DNA of 63,839 nt, counting the filler, from Sphacelaria rigidula (lineage: Eukaryota), in NCBI GenBank assembly GCA_964200075.2. It is 11 parts of 11 records of this genome, joined end to end, with 100 filler letters (N's around TTAATTAATTAA, not from the genome) between each part and the next. Parts side by side here need not be neighbours in the genome. Positions count along the whole stretch, not along the records: positions 11,627 to 17,339 come from CAXNAA020025042.1; positions 17,440 to 23,152 come from CAXNAA020025043.1; positions 23,253 to 28,965 come from CAXNAA020025044.1; 8 more parts are not named here. The stretch is one strand, 5' to 3'. Made by a program: the position numbers and the translations under genes. This document shows, piece by piece, positions 12,362-24,215 of the stretch (positions within the stretch are counted from its first letter, which is position 1; each line of letters starts with the position of its first letter). The notes below the pieces were generated by a model. It did no database searches. It was not told the DNA's origin and saw only the letters and a program-made list of their open reading frames with translations.

Positions 12362-13178
12362 CTGGAAAAAATTGTTCATCACCCCCCCCCGACATACACA
12401 CACGAAACATTGTATGCGCATTCGAATAATAAAAAAATGATCACATCGATTGCATGCGCGTGAGCTGATTGACGCACACACACACCCGCAAACCCGGCGA
12501 CAATGGATGGATGAATGTAACTGATTGTTGGGTTTTCCCACATGAACTGATTTCCGAAAGGATTCATTCGGCCATCATCATTGATCGGGCGTACCCAAGC
12601 CAATAAAAACGGTTTGCTTTTTTTCTTCTTGCTTTTTTTCGTTTGTCACTTCTAAATGTTGCCTTCTCTCGTGAAGAGCTCGTGGCGTCAAGTTCCAAGA
12701 GATTAACCCATCTCACCTCCCCCCCGATACAGTAGACGCCTCATTATATTTCACACATCAGACAGCTCATGAGCCACCTAAAATTACTTCTTAGTGTACT
12801 GATCCGGATTACGACCTATAGCTCATTTGCCGCCCCTCCCCCCCCCACATATTTCCTTCTTCTCTATTCGCTCCCTACAGGACGGAACGCGGAGAACGCG
12901 GAGAAGTGGCGCAAAGGTAGCGCTTTGGCTTCTCAGACCCCGATGTCACGTATTTCTTGTGCTCTTTGGACGACGGGTCTGAGAGTATTCAGGTCGCTCA
13001 TGAACTGTCCGACGTGTGCTACTTCGTGAATCTGTTGTGATGCTTCTACAAGGACAATAATACCACATGAAGGGGGAAAAAACAACAACGATAGGGCAGA
13101 AAGCACGTCAAAAACCGTTTTTGTCTTCTTTATCCTCATCTCTACATCGACAGCGAACATATCAACAAAAGTATTCAC

Positions 13179-13358
13179 CTCGGCGTTCAGCTTGTGGTTC
13201 TTGGCCGCGAGGCCCTTGAGCGTCTGGTTGAGGGCGTGGTAGCTCATGCCGGAGGCCTCGTGGTTGTTGAGAGCCTTCTGCTTTTCTTGCTGCCGCTCTC
13301 GCCGAAGAGATTCGTTGGCGTTCTTCAGGTTGAGGTTGTCCTTGCGAAGCTTGTCTCT
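13179..13358 (-). CDS. Coiled-coil protein, exon 3 (RDKLRKDNLNLKNANESLRRERQQEKQKALNNHEASGMSYHALNQTLKGLAAKNHKLNAE)
   Basis: AACAG acceptor, GAG|GTGAAT donor, 180 bp, phase 0, open frame with coiled-coil composition. Confidence 0.75.
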
Positions 13359-13837
13359 CTGTTTTATTTGTTAATAAATTTGAAAAGTACAAAATCATCA
13401 AATCATGGGGTGAAAAATACACTCAAACACACATACATACAAACGAGGAGGGAAAGAAAAAAAGTAACATAAAAAAGAAAAAAAAAACAAGAAAATAACA
13501 AATAAACAAAAAAGAAGGGAAAATAAGAAGAAAGAAGGGGAGCTGAGAGCGGAGTAGGTGTTCTTTAATGGTGGCGGCATGAACGACGTATGATGGCACA
13601 CGGCACAGCACCCTAGTAGCTCGTCCCATTTGAAAAGCGATCGGTTATTGATTAAACGAACGGCACGACGGCGTAACCGATTCCCTTCAAAGAGAAAAAA
13701 GGGGAAACAAATCTGTACAAATCGTAACCCCGTTTGAAATCATACCGTAACCAAAACGTTTTCGACAACAACTACAATGATTATAACTTTATTTTTTATT
13801 CAGATACTTTCTTGACTGTCGACGGATATCGCAAAGG

Positions 13838-13917
13838 GGTCGAGTGGCCGAGTGGTCTAAGGCGCTAGTTTAAGGCACTAGTTCGAAAGAGCGTGGGTTC
13901 GAATCCCACCTCGATCA
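13838..13917 (+). tRNA. trnL: tRNA-Leu(AAG)
   Basis: Acceptor GGTCGAG/CTCGATC+A. D arm GCC-GAGTGGTCTAA-GGC. Anticodon stem CTAGT/ACTAG with loop TT-AAG-GC. Long variable arm, T loop TTCGAAT, T6 Pol III terminator at 13923-13928. Confidence 0.95.
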
Positions 13918-14244
13918 ATTCATTTTTTATTTCACTACCGGTCTAACACCCAGCAACCACTGTCACTCAAAGATCAGACAGCTGTGTGGACCCCTTCCAT
14001 CATGAGCACATAGTCTTCAGCAGCTTTTTGTTTTCAAGCATTACCCCTCAGCTGTTCATCGTACAGGAGAACACGATCATCGCCTCCCTCCACCGGAATG
14101 GAAAAAACATCCCTAGACGTCATGGAGGTAACCAATCACAGGGTCCACCAATCAGACCCGCAAACCCACGATCCATGAACCAGCCGTAAACGCCCACTAT
14201 AATATTCGCTTCACCTACATCATGTCCCTAACCTAGGTGACAAG

Positions 14245-14660
14245 GGTGTGACTAGAGTCTACATACCCCTGGAAATCCGGCTGCCCAGGGCGTGGACGGC
14301 TGTGACGTACGTTCGAATCTCGGTGAAGTCACCCGACGATCTGGGATTTTTTTCTTTATTTCTCACATCATGTTCAATACTGGAGATTGACTATGCCGTA
14401 AGTACACACAGTTCGACTTCACGGTCGACGAAGGAAAGGGACCGCTGAACGCTTCTCACGATAAAAAGGAAGGCGAGCACCACAGAAGGAGTAGGATGCA
14501 GTAGACAACACAAAATAAGGTGTGTTCACCTTCCTTCTGTGCGACCCCGAAAGGTGTAGACTGGCATCCAGAGTAGACGGGGTGACAATACACACACGGA
14601 CACGGACACGGACACGGACACGGACACGGACACGAATACGAACACGAACACACATACACA
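14245..14660 (+). mobile_element. tRNA-derived SINE with (ACACGG)n microsatellite tail
   Basis: B-box GTTCGAATC near 14311. Body homologous to 21445-21804 and 15495-15700 (both reverse). 3' end runs into ACACGG repeats (14594-14650). Confidence 0.65.
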
Positions 14661-14670
14661 CAATCCCCAC

Positions 14671-14805
14671 CTCTGCCTTGAGGGCGGCGATCATCTCGCT
14701 GCTCTCTCCTATGATGTCGCCGCTGGCGACCCGTCGCTCATCCTCCTCGTCCATGAGTTTTTTTGCTTTCGCCAAAGACTTTGGGCTGAAGAAGGTAATG
14801 GCTCC
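14671..14805 (-). CDS. Coiled-coil protein, exon 2 (GAITFFSPKSLAKAKKLMDEEDERRVASGDIIGESSEMIAALKAE)
   Basis: GGCAG acceptor, GAG|GTGGGG donor, 135 bp, phase 0. Confidence 0.7.
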
Positions 14806-15011
14806 CTGCCGTGATTTTTTGTTCGTTACCGCACCAGAGCAACAACAACAACAACGGGGGGGGGGGGGGGGGGGGGGGGGGGAAAAAAAAACAAAACANN
14901 NNNNNNNNGGGGGGGGGTAAAGAAAAAAAAAGAGTAAAGTACCAGCGCAGACAAGAGAAAATGGAAACACCTTTAGTACAGTAGTAAAAGTAATCACCGG
15001 CAGACATACAT

Positions 15012-15084
15012 GGGGATGTAGCTCAAATGGTAGAGCGGTCGCTTAGCATGCGACAGGTAGTGGGATCAATGCCCACCATCTCCA
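15012..15084 (+). tRNA. trnA: tRNA-Ala(AGC)
   Basis: GGGGATG/CATCTCC+A acceptor with the G3:U70 Ala identity pair. Anticodon stem GTCGC/GCGAC, loop TT-AGC-AT. T loop ATCAATG has the A54 typical of eukaryotic tRNA-Ala. T6 terminator at 15089-15094. Confidence 0.95.
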
Positions 15085-15339
15085 CAACTTTTTTAACCTC
15101 AAGCCACCGACGGGTGGTAAAACAGTGCATCCGAGACATTTTGAGGGGAAAGAACGCGTGTCCGATTCCCGACGAGTACGCTTCGGTATTTCTTCAAATG
15201 AGTACCGTGTAACAATGTTTTTGCGACGTTGGGAGTAGGGGGTGTTGATTGAAAGTGTTTTTTTCTCCAATCATTCACTCTACCTTGACCGTCTTTTCAT
15301 TTTGGGTGTGCGTTTTTTTATTGTCACGCTGGCGTGAGC

Positions 15340-15480
15340 TTAGAGCTACTACACGTCGATATCCTACTCAGGAATATCAAAGGCTTCAGCGGCGAGCTAC
15401 TACAGAAAGTGTATTGGGCCTCGCGGAGGGGAATTTCGGAACTGAAACTACTTCATTCATTAATTGACCCGCTTCTCACT
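15340..15480. repeat. Dispersed repeat, second copy at about 48093-48230
   Basis: Shared ACACGTCGATATCCTA..AGGAATATC..AGCTACTAC..ATTTCGGAACTGAAAC blocks. Confidence 0.7.
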
Positions 15481-15494
15481 CTCTCACGAATACT

Positions 15495-15830
15495 CGTGTG
15501 CGTGTTGTCGTCCCATTCATTCTGGGTACCAGTCTACACCTTTCGGTATATGTGGGCGCATCAGCCGGGGTCACACAGGAGGGAGGTCCCATCACAGGAG
15601 CTTCTTCTTCTTTATTTGTTTTTAATACCCCACCTTCCTTCTGCGGTGCTTGCCTTTATTTTTTATACCGAGAGGGGTTCGTCACTGTATCCGGTTCACT
15701 TCCGTCGTTAAAACCGGCAGGACGCGAGCAGCAACAAAGAGTTCTTGTTCGACTGAGGTCGTGTCTAATCAAATATTTTTTTACTCGAAAACATGCGGTT
15801 GAATCGAACTGGTCGTTACGAGGCCGATTC
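15495..15830 (-). mobile_element. SINE copy with degraded head
   Basis: CCAGTCTACACCTTTCGG..GTGGGCGCATCAGCCGGGGTCACACAGGAG body shared with 21465-21660 and, reversed, 14420-14590. Confidence 0.6.
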
Positions 15831-16972
15831 TGATACGTCCGCGGCATTTATGTTCCTAGATGACTTCAACTCCATTTTATAATTAGTTGCGCGCGACGGG
15901 CAGGGTCAAAACAGAAAAGCTTAGCTTTTTCGAGCGAAACGAGCGGCGGAATGAACGAAGCGGCACGTAACTCCCATGTTGCAGACAACCGTGCCAGATA
16001 CCAGATACCAGATACTACCCTTTCACAGAGGTACGCAAAATCCCAAATGGTTCGTTCGCAGCTGTTGAATACCTACTCACCCTTGCGGCACAGATCACGA
16101 ACTGAGCGCAGGGACACATACACTGCAGTGATAAAAACTGACACCACAACTGTTTGGCGTCATGTGTTGATTTTCTTAGCGAAAACTTAGGCATCATTTT
16201 TTGTGGAAGGGTCCACCCACGGAGTTGCGTGTTGGGGTGGGCGATCGAATTGCCAACGCGTTCATGGACAGTTGAGGCGGTGCAAGACTGCATGGTTCAA
16301 ATCTGCTTTGCATCCTCCTGTATGCAGAGAGTCAGAAAGCTGTGCTGTCTGTCAAATCTGCTGTGTGTCGCGTTGCTCGCTTCTTGTCCACATCGCGCCC
16401 GCATGATGCGCGAAACACACACCATCTGGACAGTACAGCCCGCCACTGTTATGGGTGGAACTGAAGGGCCTAACGACCAAAAATCAGCGGCAAACTAAAA
16501 AAAAACAAAGTGCGGAGGAATAATGAACACGTCAGTAGGTGGTCACACCTGTGCCGAGGCCCTCTCGAGCAGAACGCACGCTCAATCGCTTATAAACTTG
16601 GTTTACTATGGGACAGCTCTAGCACGGGAGATCGCGCTGTTCTCGACACAGGAAGCAAGCCAGCCCACGGCACTTCACACCCCCCCGCATACACACAAGA
16701 TCTAGGGGGTTAAAATTCACATTTTCCTGGCGTCGCGCCAGCAGCGAGAAACCCCCTTCCAAGAGCACAAAAAACCTCAGTTTTGTACGTTTGAGTTTGT
16801 TGCGGCTCAGCATCACGCTTAAACCACAAAGTAAAAAAGCTTGACCTAGATTGGGTGTGTGGGAAGCGCACGCAAGAAACTGCAGTCCAATCCTCTGCTT
16901 CGTCGCCGAGTTCTAACGACAAAGGCAAGCAACAAATGAGTACCCCTTCCCCCCCCCACTAACCATGCCCAC

Positions 16973-17221
16973 CTCAAGCAGTCCCGCAGCACTAGCAGTG
17001 ACCGAGCTCGAGCTAGCACCACCAGCAGCAGCCTCACGGAGGGCACGGCCACCACCATGCGCCAACGCTATTTCCTCTTGCTCCGCCACAACACCGGCAA
17101 CGCCGCCGCCGGGAGCTGGCACCGCCACGACGGATGCTTCCGAGACGGTGCCGGGCAAAACAGTACCCGCTGCGGCCGCTGCGGCCGCGGCTTCGGCCTT
17201 TAGAGCTAGCTGCCTGTGCGC
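16973..17221 (-). CDS. Probable upstream exon of the coiled-coil gene (Ala/Gly-rich, AHRQLALKAEAAAAAAAAG...AAGLLE)
   Basis: TTATAG acceptor, GAG|GTGGGC donor, 249 bp, phase 0 like the other exons, high GC. Confidence 0.55.
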
Positions 17222-17439
17222 CTATAACAATGGACAAGCCGGTAGGACGACAATATTGATGATTTCATCGTAGACATGGGGGGAGCAGAAAAGGGCGGGC
17301 GGGCGGGGGGGTACTCATGATCATGCATGCCATAGTCATNNNNNNNNNNNNNNNNNNNNNNNNNNNNNNNNNNNNNNNNNNNNTTAATTAATTAANNNNN
17401 NNNNNNNNNNNNNNNNNNNNNNNNNNNNNNNNNNNNNNN

Positions 17440-17520
17440 CTCGAAAGGGATGCGTGGTCAATTGTCAAATGACTAAGGCAAGCAACAAATAAGTACCCCC
17501 CCCCCCCCGCCCACCATGAT
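17440..17520. repeat. High-copy short repeat (CTCGAAAGGGATGCGTGGTCAAT..AAGGCAAGCAACAAATGAGTAC-polyC)
   Basis: Copies or fragments at about 16913-16960, 17300-17339, 18010-18040, 23255-23350, 24100-24200, 45760-45800, 46220-46330, 62870-62920 and 63660-63770. Confidence 0.85.
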
Positions 17521-17749
17521 TATCCCTTTCTCAAGGGCTGGCATCGGTTGGCAACGACGCTGTAACACGCTACGCAATGCGTGAGCTAGGCAAACAGGTT
17601 AACATTTCTTCTTCGCTTTTGTTTTTTTTCGGTAGCCATGACGGGTGATCGAGCTAAATCGTATTGTTTGGGATGGAAAACCTGAACTCCACGCAAAGGG
17701 GATGATCGTACGACGTAGTGTTGAAACGGTGAGACATCCACGAGGCAGT

Positions 17750-18050
17750 TTGTAACCCGTGGCTATCTCTGGGAGTGAGGATACTAGAAAATGAAGCAAC
17801 TCATTCGAGACTGTCATCGGTATACAAAATGAGCATGATGCTTCGAGCCGAGCAATATTAGCAGGGCGCAGATCACCCTTCATGTGACTCGCCGAACACA
17901 TCGCGGTGCTACGCCATTGACGATTGCGAGCCTGGTCCGGCGAGAACCCGGCCTGCTACGTCCCGGCTTTGCAGGGATGCAAAGTGAACGGTCTTATGGC
18001 TACGCCATGCAATATCATGAGTACACCCACCCCCTCATCATGATTGACAC
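17750..18050. repeat. Dispersed repeat, reverse-homologous to 45760-46040
   Basis: Shared GTGTTCGGCGAGTC.CATGAAGGGTG and TCGAATGAG.TGCTTCAT blocks. Confidence 0.65.
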
Positions 18051-20333
18051 GATGCTGCCCCTGTCATTGCCCACGGACAGGCACCCTGCGTACCGCGCAC
18101 CTGTCATCTAGGAGTCCTTTCTCGTGTGCTGTCTGTTCTCGGTATGCAAGTCAAACATCCAACTCTGGTGCCTTGAGTGATCCTCCGATCGTCAATTCAG
18201 CCACACCAAACCTCACCTCATCGACTCCATCGCTCCCGCCACCTCTCCTGCGCGCCGCCGTACTTACAGAATAGCTCTGACACAGCGCTTCCAGCCAGCG
18301 CCCTCTGTTGTTCAGCGAGCGTCCTCGCTGTGTAGAGACTGGACACCCTGTAAACGGAGAGACAGAGATTCTCCGTAGCTGCAGAAAACCTCATCCAGAC
18401 GCTTGTCCGATGGTGATCTGTAGGACCCGCTTAAGTTGTACATGTTTGCCGAGCGATGAGTTGTACGACCCGCTTCACACACGTTTCTGTGTGCAACTGA
18501 TCTGCACAACTGTGTCATCTCTAGAACATCACATAGTTGTCATCTATATAACTCGGCTCAGGCAAACGCGGCAGATTCTCATCGACCCGCGCAATTTGAA
18601 AATCATAATGCCAAAAGCTATCTCTTGCCCGTGGAATGCGAATCTAGAACAGTGTAAACAAGAAACAGTTTCCCGCATCCGTAAGATCCGGATCAAATAT
18701 TAAAGAAGCAGTATTCGGTATTCCTCACCTACTAACCTGTATGGCGCAGGTACATTGTGCATGTTTACAAGTCCGTAGGCTGACCGAGAGTGTAGCAGCC
18801 CGGGCACATGAAACATGACGTATGTATATTTATTCCGAGTGCTTCCACGGTAGGGGTGCAGATATTTTTTCTGAGGCTCTGCACTGCCGGAGCCTGCCCA
18901 TGATAAACATCTGGGCCTTAGTGTGCAGCCTCGGAATATTTTCGGACTGAAGAGTGCACCCCTACCGTAAAATGCATGCGCAGGACTGACTGCTTGATGA
19001 AGTGTACGAGTATCACTGTGAAGCTTTGACCCGCTCGCATGCTCAACACAGTGTAGACGTGTGGAAGAAACGGGATATGTCATGAACCTAAGGAGCGAGG
19101 TCATCTCGCACAACAGGCATCGCTTTGCTCATAGCAACACCAACCCTGTTCACACTCAAATAGTAACTTCAGCAGCGGCCTCTGAGCATTAGCACGAGCT
19201 TCACTTGGTAGCGTTATTTTCGTGTGCTCTTAGCGGTGAGCGTCGTGGCGGAACGCAATTTGGACTGCTTCACTCCGGTAGCAGTAGCAGTAGTGCTGAG
19301 GAATAATTGTTGTGATTTGCTTAGATGAGACGTATGTTCAGTTGTGCCAGTAGCAGTATGGACGACTATTTTTGTATTTTCTCGTTCAGGGTGTGCACTC
19401 ATGCGCCTCGGGAAAAGGAAGAAACAAGGTATAGCTATATGCTCAATTGACTCATTCTAACGCTGTTTGGCAAGCGTCTGGCAAAAACTTCCGGGGAAGA
19501 GTCATCCACGTGTACATTGCCGGCGTTGATGAAACACGGGTGGCCCCCGCAAGCCTGCCCGACGATCAGCCGTATCACCTTTGCGATCTGCGATTGATCT
19601 GTATCCCTATGACCCACTTGACCTATACACATTTCTCGGCTGGTGACCTGAAGAACCCGGTTGCTCTGTACACATGGTCTGATGACCGATCTTTATGACC
19701 CTGTGATCCGTGCCAGTCCGCTTGATGATGATCGGTATGACTCGAGTATTCGTACCAGACCCGGGTTTCCATAGCTGATTTATCTACTTCGTTTATCTGT
19801 ACATCATCACCTCCTTAGGCACACCTGTGTAATCTGAATCAGGTGTGCTCGAAACGCCAACAACAACGTGAATATCCTCATAACTCGTACACGATACTTC
19901 CCTCGTGATCGATGATACCCGGAACACGAGGACCGTTCCATAAGTAGTTGCAGTGTGCCATTCGAAACGTGTACACTAATGTGTTCACACTCTACCTGTA
20001 TGACGTGGGTGACAAAGATAATGATCTCTCCGACGTGTGCTTCTTTTACCCTGAAAAACACTTGTTCTGGATGTGGACGTACTGGGCGAGTTGACACAGC
20101 TTTTTTCAATGGATCTTATCTATCGCGACAAGGTCCAATGCACTGTGGTCGTTCGATAGTGATGCATTGCAATGTATGACGGCATCGGTTATTGTATGTA
20201 CGGTAAACGTCATGGCTCGGTCGCGCGTACTCGTGCCGTGCGCGCGCATCCTCGGGGGAGGGGAAAGTTTCGCCGGGTTTCGCGGTTTCAAAACCAGTGC
20301 GAGTCTTGCCGCGTTTTGAAAGTCTTAAATTTC

Positions 20334-22598
20334 CAGGGGTCTACACGTTATACGTTCACGTTCACGTTCACATTCACGTTGACGTTTACGTTCATCACGT
20401 CTGTAAAGTTTACCGTTCACGTTACGTTTCGTTCGGCACGTTGAAAACATTTAGTGTGACACTAACGTTTCATTTGAAAAAAATAACGTTACGTTCACGT
20501 TACATTCATCACGTGAAAGAAAATTAACGTTACGTTACGTTTCGTTACATGTTACGTAATATGTAAAGTTTCATCAAACGTGTAACGTCTAATATAACGT
20601 TTCGTTGAAACGTGTAACATTCGAATATAACATCTCATTCTGTGCATGTCGCGGCTCATTTACCAGTGTTTCAAGCGTCTTAACGTGTCACGTAACGCGT
20701 GACGTTACCATGTACGTGACGCTGAAGGTGGCCCATCGTATGTTTGAGCGTAGGCGCATTATCTGGTTGTGTAACGTTACTTTTTCTACAGTGCATCGTT
20801 CATTCGTCTTCGACCGTAATACTTTCATATTTCCTCTTTGACTTTCGTCTTCTTGTTCTCAATTTTCAATTTTCAAATTCTTGGTCATTCGCACGACAGC
20901 ACATACTGTACACAACAGATCCTGACATGATTGAACGCTGGCTTGATTGAGTCATCCCGGCATTTCGCAGACATAATTATTTCGGGTACTCTTGGTTCTA
21001 TACATGTATACATGTATACGCGGACAAATAAGATACGAGCAGTTCATCACGGCCGTCAAATTAAGGCAGGCGTACGTATGCATGCATGTATGACAGGTTA
21101 ACACCGCGGTCCAGGCAATCAATGCATTTTCCACCCACACCTTTCAATATGACCGATCTCGCGTTTTTTTTTTTTTTAATTCGGGAGCCCACGTTTTTTT
21201 TTAATCTGAGACAATTACGGGTGTTTGAAAACAAAGTAAAGAGCCCGCACGGGTACCGTCGTGCAGGCAGAAGTCGTATCCTCTGCATCTGCATGCACTA
21301 CCATGTCCGTGCATCTGCATGTAGCTTTGAACCTTACAGTCAAGACGGCTTAGAACTAAAGACATGGATTGCCGACATCATGCCTGCCAAATGCGAGCCT
21401 GCCTCCCGTTGTCGCGAACAAATGGTTGACTATCTCGTACTATATTACTGTGTTGTTGTGTTGTTATCCCATCTATTCTGGGCGCCAGTCTACACGTTTC
21501 GGTGAATGTGGGCGCGTCAGTCGGGGTCATACAGGAGAAAGGTCAACACAGGAGCTTTGTTTTTGTTTTTGTTTTTAGTACCCCACCTTCCCTCTCCGGT
21601 TCTTGCTTTTTTGTTTTATCGCGAGAGGGGTTCAGCAGTCCCTTTCCCTCGTCAACCGTTCGGTCGACTTTTGTGTACCCACGACATAGTCGCTCTCCAC
21701 TGTTGCGTATGGTGTGAGAAAAAAATCGACATCACTCCGAGAATTGAACCCACAATCCAACCGTTAGAAGGTTTCGAAGATGTCAACTTAGCCACCGGGG
21801 CGGCCGGTGATATATACCATGTGTCCAATTAACAGTACAGGGTGTTTATATCCTTGTAGTACTACAATACTGTCTGTTGTATTTGCAAAGTATAGCAACC
21901 ACCTCGTACTATGTTCGCAAAAATAGCCTGTACTTGTCATCTTGCACTGAAATACTGTGTTTGCGAGTACAGTTGTGTTCGCAAGTACAGCCTGTACTTG
22001 TAAGCTTGCATACTGTACTTGCAGAGTACGCTTGCAGGTTACAGCCTGTAGTCGGAAATACAACAACAGTTCAAGGTAACAAGTACAGCCTGCACTTGTA
22101 ATGTGTTCGCTAGGTACAGCCTATGCTTAAAACCTCGTACTGTTGATAAAATACACGGCCTATACGTGTACCATTGAATAGTACGTAGTTACTTTGTCTT
22201 CTGGGATTTCGAAATTCATAGCAAAACTTGAAGTGTGCACCGTTTCATGTAACGTGTTGATGACGTTTCATGTAACGTGTGACGTAATATAAAGCGTTCC
22301 ATGTAATGTGTAATGTCTAATGGATACGTGTAACGTGTAATGTATGTTACACGTTTCATGGAACGTTTCACATCACGTCTTTTGAACGTTCGGGCAATTT
22401 GCCGTTCGCGTTACGTTTCGTTTGGCACATTAAAAACAATTTGCGTTACGTCAACGTTTCATTTGAAATTTGACGTTACTTTCACGATACATTCATCACG
22501 CAAAAAGAAATTAACGTTCACACGTAACGTTTCGGCCAAATGGTAACGTGAATGTGACGTGTAATAACGTTGTGGCACGTGTAACGTGTCGACCCCTC
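20334..22598. mobile_element. 2.27-kb non-autonomous hAT-type element with ACGT-rich subterminal arrays and nested insertions
   Basis: TIR CAGGGGTCTACACGTTA / TAACGTGTCGACCCCTC. Perfect 8-bp TSD TAAATTTC (20326-20333, 22599-22606). AACGT/ACGTT arrays at 20340-20720 and 22240-22590. A related end lies at 59565-59731. Confidence 0.85.
21445..21804 (-). mobile_element. Full-length tRNA-derived SINE nested in the hAT element
   Basis: Minus-strand head GCCCCGGTGGCTAAGTTG (A-box) ... GGTTCAATTCT (B-box), tRNA-like around CTTCTAA. Shared body. (CAA/CA)-rich tail. Confidence 0.7.
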
Positions 22599-24215
22599 TA
22601 AATTTCAAGCAGCAGTCTCTTTCGCCGCAGCAGCTTTACTTAGTTCAAGTAACTTCACCACCCCAAGCATCGACTGTAAGTTCAAGTAACTTGCCCCGGC
22701 TTGTCTGCGATCAAGTGACATGGCTTCGCTATCCCCACTTCAACTAACTTACCTTCCCAACTGTAGGATCAAACAACCTGCCTCAGCTATTCTAAGATCA
22801 AGTGACTTGGCTGATGAGACCCAGTTCAAGTAAGATGTTGCCCCAGATAGTGTAAGATCCAGCGGCTTGTCTTGCATATGGAGCGGTGTCGAAATAGTTC
22901 CGCGTTGGGGTTAGCATATACCTCTGCCCTCCCTGGAGGGCGGAAAGCGAAAAGCATGGGCCATATGTCCTGGAGCTTCTTGTTGCACCTTCCCACGGGC
23001 CATCATCAGCTGCACAGCCTGTGACGTACGCCACCGCAAACTTGTGATCGACCTGCAATGCCTCTCGTAAACGGGTTAAAATCGTGTTTTTGAAATGCGT
23101 TGCTGTATCACTCACCCAAACTCGGGGTACCCCCAGAGTTTTGCACCACTGCNNNNNNNNNNNNNNNNNNNNNNNNNNNNNNNNNNNNNNNNNNNNTTAA
23201 TTAATTAANNNNNNNNNNNNNNNNNNNNNNNNNNNNNNNNNNNNNNNNNNNNTCCCCCGTTTGAAAAGGGTTGGGGGTCAATTGTCAAAAGCCCAAAGGA
23301 AGCCACAAATGGGGACCCCCCCCCCCCCCCCCCCCCCCCCCCCGTTCCCCTTCACCTCCTGCCCACCCAGCGTGGGTTGATTTGTTGTCATTGTCGTTGA
23401 AACATCCTCCAGAAGCAAAACCACGGATGGTTATCTGCAGTGTTGCGCCTGAACACTTTATTTGTTTTTTTCAGTGTGATCATTCACGCCTCCGTCTAAG
23501 TGAGACATACGTCGAGGTGCTTGTGTTCCGTCTTTTCAGCTGACCCGATTTAAGTAGATCAAACTGCATCATCCCATGAGTGCACGCGACTGTGAAAACA
23601 GTTGGTCCGTGCTTATGAGTGCGGGCCTTTTTTTTTTTTTTGCCTTGGGAATATCTGATTTTCGTCTTCGAAAGCGTCAGGACGTACGTGACCAGCAAAC
23701 AGAGTTTAGTTGACTTGGATGGTTTGACGAGAGTCGTCTACGCAATGCGGGAGTACTGAATGGTCATTATTCAGTCCGCGATACCAAAATGTGGGGCGTA
23801 TGCCAAGAGAGAGGCATTTTGATCCCTTGAGATCACGGACTTGTCTCTCAATGTTGTTTTTTTGGGGGAGGCGAGAAAAGAGCGCATGACACGTGCGTGT
23901 GTGTTGGCGTAGAAATGTCAATGCGTTGTGTACTGGACTACTGTATTTCAGTGTCTTGAATTTTCTTGTGAAATAAAAATATGAGTGGACGCTCTTCTCT
24001 TGAGGTCTGTCATCGATCTTGCAACAGTCGCATGGCCTACAGTTCTACAGATGAGCAGTACCGTGCGTGCCCCCCCCCTACAGGATAACCGCTCTGTACG
24101 AGCATGAGTACACCCCCCCCCATCCGTCTCGAAAGGGATGCGTGGTCAATGGTCAAACGACCATGGCAGACGACAAATGAGTGTACCCCCCTCCCCCGCT
24201 CGTCCTCCCCTACAG

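Noticed and set aside
12933..13031. Possible extra or terminal exon of the coiled-coil gene (IHEVAHVGQF...DIGV*)
   Set aside because: Ends in a stop, whereas exons 13179-13358 and 12233-12361 join in frame with continuous coiled-coil character. It could only be an alternative terminal exon, and there is no support for that.
14245..14345. Stand-alone tRNA or novel Pol III ncRNA (B-box, terminal stem, T-run)
   Set aside because: No cloverleaf, and the downstream sequence is colinear with the SINE at 21445-21804, so it is a SINE head.
22798..23115. 105-aa ORF next to TCAAGTAAC repeats
   Set aside because: No recognisable domain or splice support. Probably a TE fragment at a contig end.
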